Positions 1 through 8,367 of a stretch of 41,882 nt of DNA are shown here, one piece after another. Under the pieces are notes generated by a model. It ran no database searches and was not told the DNA's origin. It worked only from the letters and a program-made list of their open reading frames with translations. The stretch's first letter is position 1. Every line of letters starts with the position of its first letter. The translations under genes and the position numbers were made by a program. The stretch lies in the IMG/VR virus record IMGVR_UViG_3300021411_000014, positions 1-41,882 of that record; one strand, given 5' to 3'. Source of the stretch: a virus (Duplodnaviria; Caudoviricetes).

Positions 1-1
1 C

Positions 2-967
2 ACCACGGTCTCCTCGACGCCGAGCATCGAGACCTGGGGCTCCTCGACGCCGCGCATCGTGACCAGGGGCTCCTCGACGCCGCGCATCGTGACCTGGGAC
101 TCCTCGACGCCGCGCATCGAGACCAGGGACTCCTCGACGCCGCGCATCGTGACCAGGGGCTCCTCGACGCCGAGCATCGTGACCTGGGACTCCTCGACGC
201 CGCGCATCGTGACCTGGGACTCCTCGACGCCGAGCATCGTGACCAGGGGCTCCTCGACGCCGAGCATCGTGACCTGGGACTCCTCGACGCCGCGCATCGT
301 GACCTGGGGCTCCTCGACGCCGCGCATCGTGACCTGGGACTCCTCGACGCCGCGCATCGTGACCTGGGGCTCCTCGACGCCGCGCATCGAGACCAGGGGC
401 TCCTCGGACATCGTCGTCACAGCCCACGACTACGTCAACGTCCTGGCCGCCGGATCTATGACCATCAACGCCGGCCCGAACGTCACCGTCCGCGCCCTCG
501 GCTCCGGACCGACGGTCCACGGAGGCGCCCTGACACAGCGCGTGCCACTGACCACCGAGCCCGCAGCCGTCCGCAGCACCCTCGCGCACATCGAGGCCAA
601 CCCGCAGGAATGGAACCAGGGCACCTGGGCGATGGAGACCGAGTGCGGCACGCGGTACTGCGCCGCCGGGCACGCGCTGCTCACCGTCGGCGCGCGGATG
701 GACGTCGGCGCAGCCACGGTCGAGGTCGCCTCGCTGCCCGAGCGTCTCCGGTCGCGGTTCGTGCACGAGCACGTCGCCATCTCGGCGGGAGCCCGCGCGG
801 TCCTGGGGCTCGACGAGACGACCGCGGACCGGCTGTTCCACGGCGACAACTCGATCGAGGACCTGCGGGGGCTGGTCGAGGAGATCTGCGCGGGTGCCGA
901 GCCACAGCCGATGGCCGTTCCAGCCGCCAAGCCGGACGCGGACGCCACCCAGACGAGCAGCAAATGA
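2..967 (+). CDS. C-terminal part of the decapeptide-repeat protein (gene starts at 41227 and wraps the contig ends); C-terminal phage domain with WNQGTW...CGTRYCAAGHA motif
   Basis: Frame open from base 2 to TGA 965-967; same repeat as the ORF at 41227; joined length ~495 aa. Confidence 0.85.
   Translation, partial: TTVSSTPSIETWGSSTPRIVTRGSSTPRIVTWDSSTPRIETRDSSTPRIVTRGSSTPSIVTWDSSTPRIVTWDSSTPSIVTRGSSTPSIVTWDSSTPRIVTWGSSTPRIVTWDSSTPRIVTWGSSTPRIETRGSSDIVVTAHDYVNVLAAGSMTINAGPNVTVRALGSGPTVHGGALTQRVPLTTEPAAVRSTLAHIEANPQEWNQGTWAMETECGTRYCAAGHALLTVGARMDVGAATVEVASLPERLRSRFVHEHVAISAGARAVLGLDETTADRLFHGDNSIEDLRGLVEEICAGAEPQPMAVPAAKPDADATQTSSK
11..400 (+). repeat. 30-bp coding tandem repeat, 13 units (3' part of the array)
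   Basis: Unit TCCTCGACGCCG(C/A)GCATCG(T/A)GACC(T/A)GGG(G/A)C repeated head to tail. Confidence 0.98.
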
Positions 968-1269
968 GCGCCAACCCGCTGACCGACCAGATCCTCGCCG
1001 CCGTCGCCGAGACACACCAGAAAGACTCGCCACCGCCCTGGGTCCTGGAACTCTTCGCAGACCTGGCCGAGGCAGTCGCCAGCAGCCTGCCCGAACTCGA
1101 CCCCGTCGATATCGGCAAAGTCCTCATGCACGCCGGCTCCGGCTTCGCCAGCCTCTGCGAACAGATGGACCCCCACTACGGCCCGAGCACCAACTTCGGC
1201 GCCAACGTCCTCATCGGCACCGGAGAACGCCTCTACCGCGCCGGCCGCACCGAGACGAGCGGCACATGA
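964..1269 (+). CDS. Hypothetical protein
   Basis: ATGA overlap with the upstream stop and the downstream start; high-GC codon pattern. Confidence 0.8.
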   Translation: MSANPLTDQILAAVAETHQKDSPPPWVLELFADLAEAVASSLPELDPVDIGKVLMHAGSGFASLCEQMDPHYGPSTNFGANVLIGTGERLYRAGRTETSGT

Positions 1270-1817
1270 GCGACGACGAGTTCACCATCGACCAGGCGGC
1301 GCGCGCCCTCGCCGAAGGCAACATCATCCACGTCTGCGGATCCCGCCTATCCGCCGGCCCGCCCGCCCACGCCACCGTCTACCGCTGGATCTGCCCCTGG
1401 TGCCAGAACCCCGACGCCCCCTTCGGCGACGGAGAACGCTGCCTGCACTGCCACGGCCACAAAGTCACCAACGACGTCGACGGCTGGGACGAGGACGAAC
1501 TCACCCCCGCCCCGCGGCCGCCCGCCGTCATGCGCAACCCCTGCGTCGACTGCGCCTACCGCCCCGGATCCCCCGAACAGGACTCCGGCATCGCCCCCGG
1601 CCCCGAAACCCCGTTCTACTGCCACCACGGACTCATCCGCGACGGCGACGGCTACATCACCACCGCCACCGTCGGAACACTCCCCCTCGGCGCCATGGTC
1701 TGCGCCGGCTGGTGGGCCCTCGCCAACGGCAAACCACTCCCCGCCAAAGACTTCCACGACCCCGGCGGCGCCGACCGCCACCAGGACGCACCCAACCCCG
1801 AAAGGCCCGAACAGTGA
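1266..1817 (+). CDS. Cys-rich putative zinc-binding protein
   Basis: CPWC, CLHC and PCVDCAYRPGS...FYCHH...CAGW motifs; ATGA coupling. Confidence 0.75.
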   Translation: MSDDEFTIDQAARALAEGNIIHVCGSRLSAGPPAHATVYRWICPWCQNPDAPFGDGERCLHCHGHKVTNDVDGWDEDELTPAPRPPAVMRNPCVDCAYRPGSPEQDSGIAPGPETPFYCHHGLIRDGDGYITTATVGTLPLGAMVCAGWWALANGKPLPAKDFHDPGGADRHQDAPNPERPEQ

Positions 1818-2101
1818 CCGACGACAACACCCGCCGCTACACCAACGCCCTCCACGCGATGCAGTCCGGTGTCGCCATGGAGATGAACTACGACCAGGGC
1901 CCGACCGAGCCCAAGCACCTGCGCGTCGGCGTCAACGCCGCCATGGTCGACCACTCCGCCCTCTGCTCGCTCCTCATCGACAAGGGCCTCATCACCCTCG
2001 ACGAGATCCTGGCCGCCAACGCCAAGGGCATGGAAGCCGAGGTCAAACGCTACGAAGCACACCTGACCGAACGCCTCGGCACCAACATCACCCTCGGCTG
2101 A
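1814..2101 (+). CDS. Conserved phage hypothetical protein
   Basis: GTGA overlap; HAMQSGVA...PKHLRVGVN motif. Confidence 0.78.
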   Translation: MTDDNTRRYTNALHAMQSGVAMEMNYDQGPTEPKHLRVGVNAAMVDHSALCSLLIDKGLITLDEILAANAKGMEAEVKRYEAHLTERLGTNITLG

Positions 2102-2114
2102 AAGGACAGAACAC

Positions 2115-2792
2115 GTGACCGCCGACCTCCGCACCAAACTCGGACGCGCCATCACCGCCATCGCCCACGACCTCAAAACCGACCCCGACGACGGCCACCT
2201 ACTCCTCCTCGACACCGAGCAGCTCCTCGACACCGTCATCCGCATCACAGACGAACACCACAGCGGAACACCCCTCGACCAACTCGGCCTCACCCGCCGA
2301 ACCGAGAACGCCATCGCAGCCCTCGGCATCCGCAGCATCGAACAACTCACCGCCCGCACCCGCGACGAGATCCTCAACACCCGCAACATGGGCCAACACG
2401 GCATCCGCGCCATCGAGGAGGCGCTCGCCCACCGAGGCCTCACCCTCGCCGAGGCCGACCCCCGCCAGGACCACAAGACCAACAGCGCAGCAGCAGGTGA
2501 AAGCGGCGATCCCGACCCGACGGCACCCGCGGACTTCTTCCAGGCCGGCCGAACCTACATCCAGGCCAAGCCCTACACCCCACCGGAGAACCTCACCGTC
2601 TTCCAGTGCTGGTCCATCGCCACCTTCCCCGGCACCGGCGAGATCGCCGGCGAACAGCTCGCCTTCGGCTTCGCCACCGCCGCACACCCCGGCAACCACT
2701 GGAGCGTCTACCTCTGCCGCCGCGAAACCTGGACCGAAGGCTGGACCGAATACGACCAGACCACCGCGGCCGACACCCCGAAAGAGGCCTGA
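2115..2792 (+). CDS. Protein containing an RNA polymerase alpha-subunit C-terminal-domain-like (HhH) region
   Basis: aa ~52-112 PLDQLGLTRRTENAIAALGIRSIEQL..TRDEILNTRNMGQHGIRAIEEALAHRGL follow the RpoA-CTD pattern; RBS AAAGGA. Confidence 0.75.
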   Translation: MTADLRTKLGRAITAIAHDLKTDPDDGHLLLLDTEQLLDTVIRITDEHHSGTPLDQLGLTRRTENAIAALGIRSIEQLTARTRDEILNTRNMGQHGIRAIEEALAHRGLTLAEADPRQDHKTNSAAAGESGDPDPTAPADFFQAGRTYIQAKPYTPPENLTVFQCWSIATFPGTGEIAGEQLAFGFATAAHPGNHWSVYLCRRETWTEGWTEYDQTTAADTPKEA

Positions 2793-2793
2793 C

Positions 2794-3339
2794 ATGCGCA
2801 TCCGACTCCGCGACACCCCCGACAAGATCCAGGCCTTCGCCGAAGTCTTCCGCAAGACCTTCGTGATCCTGGACGAGTCCACCGACTACCTCGACCGGGC
2901 GCCGTCCAACCTCGTCCACCGCTATCTCGAGATCGAACTGACCCCCGAAATCGCCGCAACCCCCTCGCCGCTGGCGCTCGCCACCGACGCAAAGCACTCC
3001 CGCGACCTCCTCGGCGAGATCAGCATCCTCACCGACGCCGACAAGCTCCTCAACAGCCAGTGGTGGTACCCGCTGCAGAACGGCGACGTCGTCCTCATGG
3101 CCGCCTACGACGACCTCGCCACCACCTACCTCGCCGAACCCGACGAATACGGCGACCACGTGCTGCGCTGCGTTTCCGCCGTCTACGAGAGCTCCTTCCA
3201 CGAGCCCATCCCGTTCTACGACCTGTGGTTCGAGGCCGGCCCCGCCACCCTCACCGTCATCCGCGCCGGCGCCACCGTCTTCGGCAGGCCCACCACAAGG
3301 CAGGCCCCGGCGACCGGAAGCGAGGCAGCGAAGGCATGA
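2794..3339 (+). CDS. Hypothetical protein
   Basis: RBS GAGG before ATG 2794; coupled to the next gene. Confidence 0.75.
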   Translation: MRIRLRDTPDKIQAFAEVFRKTFVILDESTDYLDRAPSNLVHRYLEIELTPEIAATPSPLALATDAKHSRDLLGEISILTDADKLLNSQWWYPLQNGDVVLMAAYDDLATTYLAEPDEYGDHVLRCVSAVYESSFHEPIPFYDLWFEAGPATLTVIRAGATVFGRPTTRQAPATGSEAAKA

Positions 3340-4196
3340 CCCGGATCTTCTACGACACCGAGTTCCTCGAAGACGGCCACACCATCGGCCTCATCTCCAT
3401 CGGCATGATCGCCGAGGACGGCCGCGAGCTCTACCTGGTCAATGAGGCAATCGACGACGACGAGAAGCTTAACGACCGGATCCGACGGCACCCGTGGCTC
3501 ATGGCGAACGTCATCCCGCACCTGCCGCTGCGTGAGAACCACGGCCGCCCGAGTCACGGAGCCCCCGCCGGCGGCCGCGGCTTCTTCCTACTCGACCGCG
3601 ATGACCGCCGCGTCGTCTCCCGCCGGTACATCCGCAACGCCGTGCGCGACTTCATCCTCGCCACCCCAGACCCCCAGCTATGGGCCTGGTACGCCGCCTA
3701 TGACCACGTCGTTCTGGCCCAGCTGTTCGGCGCCATGATCAACCTGCCCGCCGGCATCCCCATGTTCACCAACGACCTCAAGCAGGAATGCGTCCGCCTC
3801 GGCAACCCCCGCCTGCGCGAACAGGAGAGCGGCCAGCACAACGCCCTGGCCGACGCCCGCCACAACCTGACCATCGCCCATGCTCTCGACGCCCTGGCAC
3901 GGGCCGACGTCCAGATCACGGGCAGGCCAGTCCGGCCGACCTGCCGGCGCTGCGGCGTGCTGTTCGACCTCGAGGACAAGCGATTCGACGGCCACGCCGA
4001 GGACGACATCCTCGGCTACTGCTGCGGCTGCGTCGACAACTGCCACGAAGGCGGCGCCGACCACCGCTGCGTCATCTGCGAGCCGAAGCCCGCGCCGGCC
4101 CCGACAGGATGCCCCCGGTGCGGATCGCCGGACCACCGCCTGGACGACTGCCCCGACTACGACCCGGACGACGACTACCACGGGAGCTACGAATGA
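3336..4196 (+). CDS. DEDDh 3'-5' exoribonuclease (Rv2179c/RNase AS-like) with Cys-rich C-terminal extension
   Basis: IFYDTEF..DG.TI.LISIG, LWAWYAAYDHV.L.QLFG.M..LP and HNALADA motifs. Confidence 0.85.
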   Translation: MTRIFYDTEFLEDGHTIGLISIGMIAEDGRELYLVNEAIDDDEKLNDRIRRHPWLMANVIPHLPLRENHGRPSHGAPAGGRGFFLLDRDDRRVVSRRYIRNAVRDFILATPDPQLWAWYAAYDHVVLAQLFGAMINLPAGIPMFTNDLKQECVRLGNPRLREQESGQHNALADARHNLTIAHALDALARADVQITGRPVRPTCRRCGVLFDLEDKRFDGHAEDDILGYCCGCVDNCHEGGADHRCVICEPKPAPAPTGCPRCGSPDHRLDDCPDYDPDDDYHGSYE

Positions 4197-4546
4197 CCGA
4201 CACCCCTGCCTTCCAGACCTGGGCCATCGTCGAGATCATGGGCCACCGGCGCCTCGCCGGATGGCTCACCGAACAACAGATCGCCGGCGTTGGGTTCCTC
4301 CGCCTCGACGTCCCCGCCCTCGACCCCGAAGCCGGCTTCGAAGCCACACAGCTCTACAACCCGTCCTCGATCTACGCCATCACCCCCTGCACCGAGGACA
4401 CCGCCCGACGGGCCGCCACCATCGGCCGCGTAGCACCCGTCCAGCAATGGGAACTCCCCGCACCCAAGCCGCGCGACCACGCCGACGCCGTCGACGACGG
4501 ACCCTACGACCACGGCGACGACGACCAGGACGGAGACCCGTTCTGA
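4193..4546 (+). CDS. Conserved phage hypothetical protein
   Basis: WAIVEIMGHRRLAG...FLRLDVP motif; ATGA coupling. Confidence 0.8.
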   Translation: MTDTPAFQTWAIVEIMGHRRLAGWLTEQQIAGVGFLRLDVPALDPEAGFEATQLYNPSSIYAITPCTEDTARRAATIGRVAPVQQWELPAPKPRDHADAVDDGPYDHGDDDQDGDPF

Positions 4547-4866
4547 TGACCGACACCGCGGCGGCGCTCGCCGCCATCATCCGCAACGGCACCGAGACCG
4601 ACGTCGACATAGCTTTCCGCGTCCTCATCCGCGAACACGGCCACGACGCCGCCGACCAGATCTGGGACGACGCCCACCGCCAGGTCGACACCGAGACCGG
4701 ATGGCCCCCGCCCGACACCGACGGCCCCCGCGGCTACTGCACCGAATGCGAACGCGACTACGCCCTGCGCGCAGACGGCCACATCCGCCACCACGAAACC
4801 GCCGGCTGGGACAGCCCGCCCTGCCCCGGCGGCGGCGAACCCCCCGCCACACACGGCCCCCAGTGA
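4546..4866 (+). CDS. Hypothetical protein with C-terminal zinc ribbon
   Basis: CTEC...HH...CPGG; TGATG overlap. Confidence 0.72.
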   Translation: MTDTAAALAAIIRNGTETDVDIAFRVLIREHGHDAADQIWDDAHRQVDTETGWPPPDTDGPRGYCTECERDYALRADGHIRHHETAGWDSPPCPGGGEPPATHGPQ

Positions 4867-5099
4867 AGACCGCCGACGTCGAGAAGCGGCGCGCCGAGGA
4901 CGACGTCCGCTACGCCGTCGTCGGCATCCTCACCCGCGAACGCTGCCGCATCGCCGACGCCCTGGCCCTGGAGATCCACCAGGCCTACACCGGCCGCGGA
5001 TGGCACCACCCCGTCAACGCCTACTGCCCCACACACCCATCGATCATGAAGCCTTGCCCGCTGTGCCCACGCACCCCCGAGGAGTCCGACGATGCCTGA
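4863..5099 (+). CDS. Hypothetical protein
   Basis: GTGA overlap; C-terminal CPTH..CPLC. Confidence 0.68.
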   Translation: MKTADVEKRRAEDDVRYAVVGILTRERCRIADALALEIHQAYTGRGWHHPVNAYCPTHPSIMKPCPLCPRTPEESDDA

Positions 5100-5445
5100 C
5101 CAGCCCGACGATTGGGGGATCTTAGTCAATGAGTGCGGGATCTTCGCATGCCGCCAAGGCGTCGACGTCTGGCTGGACCTATGGCTGCGTGTCGCGCCGG
5201 CGCGACTGACGACGTTCGCCCTGACGCCCGGCGGAGGCGAGCACCACGTCCTCGCGCCGACGAAAGACGATGCCGAGTTCATGCGCGACTTCATGATCTC
5301 CAAGGGCGTCCCGAAGACGTTCGTGAAGGTCCAGCGGCTATCCGCAGCCAGGGTCAGCGCCAAGAAGCGTGACGCGAGGGTCGCCGCGTTTTCGGAGCAG
5401 GTGCGCGCCGCACTGGCCGACAAGATCGCGGAGTCGCAGGCATGA
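5092..5445 (+). CDS. Hypothetical protein
   Basis: RBS GAGGAG; overlaps both neighbours. Confidence 0.7.
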   Translation: MPDQPDDWGILVNECGIFACRQGVDVWLDLWLRVAPARLTTFALTPGGGEHHVLAPTKDDAEFMRDFMISKGVPKTFVKVQRLSAARVSAKKRDARVAAFSEQVRAALADKIAESQA

Positions 5446-6134
5446 GCGCCGCCGCACAAGCCGAGGTCCGCCACGGCTACTCCCTGGCAGACCTCGACGA
5501 CCTCGCCCGCCGCGTCGTGAGAAACGGCATGAACTGGTGGCCCGCCGGCGACCGCGCCGACCAACACGACACAGCCTGGCACGGCATCGTCGAACACCTC
5601 TACAGCGCTGACGACGCGCCCACCACGAAGGAACTGCTCGAAGCCGGCCGCAGGACACTCACCGACGAGGTGAAGGCCCAGATGCAAATGCACGGCGCAC
5701 GCAGAGACGGCACCAACACCGGCGCCAAGCTCGCGACCTACTGGAGAGCATTCGCAGCCACCACCCCATCCCACGAGCCGGCCATCATCGAACGCTTCGC
5801 ACTCAGCCAGATCATGGCCGCGCTCACCCCGCGCCAACGAGAGGCCTTCACGGCACTCGCAGCCTGCGACGACTACGTGGGAGCAGCCCAGCTGCTCGGC
5901 ATCGAGCCGCAGACCTACCGCGGGCTCATCGGCAGGGCCCGCCAGTCCTTCGACGATCTCTGGCACGAAGGCGAAACCGCCTGCAAGCGCAGACCAGACC
6001 GCCGTGTCACTCGTCGCGACCCGACCGACGAGGACGACCTCGCCAAGCGCGCCATCTACGCCGCACAGAAGCGTGCCGAGCGCGCGGCCAAGTCGAAGGC
6101 GTTCATCCAGGAAGCGATGGGATGCACAGCATGA
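5442..6134 (+). CDS. Sigma-70 region-4-like HTH protein (divergent ECF-like sigma factor)
   Basis: LTPRQREAF...YVGAAQLLGIEPQTYRGLIGRAR region-4 HTH; helical N-terminal half. Confidence 0.7.
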   Translation: MSAAAQAEVRHGYSLADLDDLARRVVRNGMNWWPAGDRADQHDTAWHGIVEHLYSADDAPTTKELLEAGRRTLTDEVKAQMQMHGARRDGTNTGAKLATYWRAFAATTPSHEPAIIERFALSQIMAALTPRQREAFTALAACDDYVGAAQLLGIEPQTYRGLIGRARQSFDDLWHEGETACKRRPDRRVTRRDPTDEDDLAKRAIYAAQKRAERAAKSKAFIQEAMGCTA

Positions 6135-6340
6135 TCGATTACTTCTACATCATCACGATCACGTGGACGACCCCCGGCAACGTCTTCACGCAGACCCGAA
6201 CGGGCATCGCCGAAGTCGTCGACGGCGAAAGCCAGAAATCGATCTGCGACACCCTCTTCACTCAGGCATGCGCCCACTTCGGCGCCTCGGTGAGTTCGTG
6301 CGGCATCAGCTACTACTACCTGGTCAGGAACGAGCTGTGA
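6131..6340 (+). CDS. Hypothetical protein
   Basis: ATGA/GTGA coupling at both ends. Confidence 0.7.
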   Translation: MIDYFYIITITWTTPGNVFTQTRTGIAEVVDGESQKSICDTLFTQACAHFGASVSSCGISYYYLVRNEL

Positions 6341-6975
6341 CGACGTCCGCCTGCCCACTGTGCAGGCGCACCGCTGACGGCGTCCACGACACCTGCCGCG
6401 AAGACCTCGACGAGAAGATCGCCGACATGCCCCGCCTCTACGACCTCTTGGAGACCGTCCTCGAACCCGGCATCGCCCTCGGCGCGCGCGTCAGCGGCAC
6501 ACGCACCCCACCCCTCCCGGCCCGCCTCGAGCCACTCAGCCTCCGCGCACCCGGCGGCATGATCACCATCCTCGCCGCCTGGGAAAACGACTGGCGCCGA
6601 GAACGCGCCCTCACCGAGGTGGCGCGCGTCGTCAACACCACCAACCTGAAGAAGATCACGAAGTTCCTGCGCGCCCACCTCGACTGGGCCATCACCAGCT
6701 ACAGCCAGATCGCCACCTTCACCGACGCCATCTACGCCATCACCGGCAACTGCAACGCCGCCGCCGGCCTCCACAGCGACCTCATACACATCGGCGACTG
6801 CCCCAACACCGGCGAAGACGGCCAGACCTGCGGACAGGCCCTCTACGCCGACCCCCACGCCACCCCGCCCATCACCCTCATCCGCTGCCCCGCCTGCCAC
6901 GCCGAATGGCTTCGCGACCAGTGGGGCATCCTCGGCCAGATCCTCGACGACAACCGGAAGGACCACGCCGCATGA
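6337..6975 (+). CDS. Zinc-ribbon protein of a type common in actinophages
   Basis: N-terminal CPLC..C; C-terminal GDCP...CGQALYA...IRCPACHAEW. Confidence 0.78.
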   Translation: MTTSACPLCRRTADGVHDTCREDLDEKIADMPRLYDLLETVLEPGIALGARVSGTRTPPLPARLEPLSLRAPGGMITILAAWENDWRRERALTEVARVVNTTNLKKITKFLRAHLDWAITSYSQIATFTDAIYAITGNCNAAAGLHSDLIHIGDCPNTGEDGQTCGQALYADPHATPPITLIRCPACHAEWLRDQWGILGQILDDNRKDHAA

Positions 6976-7169
6976 AGAAGACCATCGTCACGTCCACGGC
7001 CGACGATCCGCGCGAACCCATGACGCTCGCCGAGCTTGAAGCCTTTACGAACCTCGCCCTCGAAAAGGCCGGATCGGACGACCTGGCGAACTACTACGTC
7101 GAAGTTCGAACCACATGGCGAGGACACATGCGACATATAAAGATCATGACCACGCTTGACGAGAACTGA
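6972..7169 (+). CDS. Hypothetical protein
   Basis: ATGA overlap; RBS GAAGGA. Confidence 0.68.
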   Translation: MKKTIVTSTADDPREPMTLAELEAFTNLALEKAGSDDLANYYVEVRTTWRGHMRHIKIMTTLDEN

Positions 7170-7237
7170 CCCCCGACATGAAGCAGGCCCGGCGGACGCG
7201 CAAATCCACCGGGCCCAGACACCAGGACGTGACCCTG

Positions 7238-7903
7238 ATGAGCACCACCAACGATAGCCCTCCCACCAGCGAGAACGCTACTCCCGGCCCGACCGCCGAC
7301 GAGATCCGCCGACTCGGCGCGATCATCAGCGGCGCCACATGGATGATCGCCGCCATCGTCGTCGTCTTCTCCGTGATCACCGCCACCAACTTCGTCGCCG
7401 ACCACAAGACGCCCCTGTGGGCCGCACCGCTCATCGGCCTCGCCGTCGACGCCGCGTTCGTCATGTCGCTGTCCGCCGACAGCTTCCTGTCCCGGCACGC
7501 GCGCCCCGACGCCGGCCCCTGGCCCCGGACCCTGCGATGGTTCACCGGAGCCTGCTCCATCGGCCTCAACGACGGCCTGGCCATCGCCGACCGCGACTAC
7601 GTCGGAGTCGCCATCCACACCATCGCCCCCGCCCTGCTGCTCCTGCTCGCCGAAGCCGCCCCCGCCTACCGCCGAGCCTTCGCCATGTCACTGATGACCA
7701 ATGACCAGTCAACTCCGGTCAACGAACCGGTCACCGCCGAACGCCCCGACACCGCCGAAGCAGCCAAGATCATCGAAGAAGGCTGGAGGCAGGGACTGTC
7801 AGTGACCGAAGTCGCCGAGCAAGCCGTCCGCGACAAATCGATGGTGTCCCGCCGCTTCGCCAAGTTGACCGCACAACACGAGTCACCGGTGAGCGCTCAG
7901 TGA
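7238..7903 (+). CDS. Multi-pass membrane protein with C-terminal HTH-like segment (DUF2637/Spd-like)
   Basis: About four hydrophobic segments, then LSVTEVAEQAVRDKSMVSRRF; start uncertain (7178 or 7238). Confidence 0.62.
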   Translation: MSTTNDSPPTSENATPGPTADEIRRLGAIISGATWMIAAIVVVFSVITATNFVADHKTPLWAAPLIGLAVDAAFVMSLSADSFLSRHARPDAGPWPRTLRWFTGACSIGLNDGLAIADRDYVGVAIHTIAPALLLLLAEAAPAYRRAFAMSLMTNDQSTPVNEPVTAERPDTAEAAKIIEEGWRQGLSVTEVAEQAVRDKSMVSRRFAKLTAQHESPVSAQ

Positions 7904-7915
7904 CACACTCGGAGA

Positions 7916-8128
7916 GTGATCGTGCGCCGCCTCCCGGACGTGACGCTGATGGACCGCGAAGCCCTATCCCAGTGGCTCCAGCGCCCCGCCACGACCATCA
8001 GAGCCCGCTGCAAACCGATCGCCCACGACACCGAAACCCGGCGCGCGCTGTACGACGCCGAACAGGTCGCCGAGACCATGGCCGGCCGACAGCGCCGCCG
8101 AGTCCATCCCCAAACAAGAACGGCATGA
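7916..8128 (+). CDS. Small putative DNA-binding protein
   Basis: RBS GGAG; DREALSQWLQRPATTIR...RALYD pattern typical of phage winged-HTH proteins. Confidence 0.62.
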   Translation: MIVRRLPDVTLMDREALSQWLQRPATTIRARCKPIAHDTETRRALYDAEQVAETMAGRQRRRVHPQTRTA

Positions 8129-8367
8129 TCATGGCCACTTACATCAATGTTCCACCGCCGATCGCCTTCGATCTGGCGCTGACTGTCGAATGTCCATGGT
8201 GCAAGGCTGAGCCTGAGACGCCATGCCACTACTTCGGCCACGACGGCGAGGATCGCGAGTTGCTCGTGCCGATTCACCAGTTTCGAACAGATCGCGCGCA
8301 TGGATTCGGCATCTTCAATCCGAAGCCGACCGGCATCCTTGCGTTCGTCGAGAGTGCCGAATCATGA
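8125..8367 (+). CDS. Phage zinc-finger protein
   Basis: CPWCKAEPETPC...H..R motif; ATGA coupling. Confidence 0.7.
   Translation: MIMATYINVPPPIAFDLALTVECPWCKAEPETPCHYFGHDGEDRELLVPIHQFRTDRAHGFGIFNPKPTGILAFVESAES

Noticed and set aside
1-10. Novel repeat variant CACCACGGTC
   Set aside because: Lies at the extreme contig end and conflicts with the overlapping copy at 41748-41757; probably sequencing or assembly noise
11-400. Rule that adjacent repeat units are never identical
   Set aside because: True only in the chosen register; shifting the unit boundary gives identical neighbours
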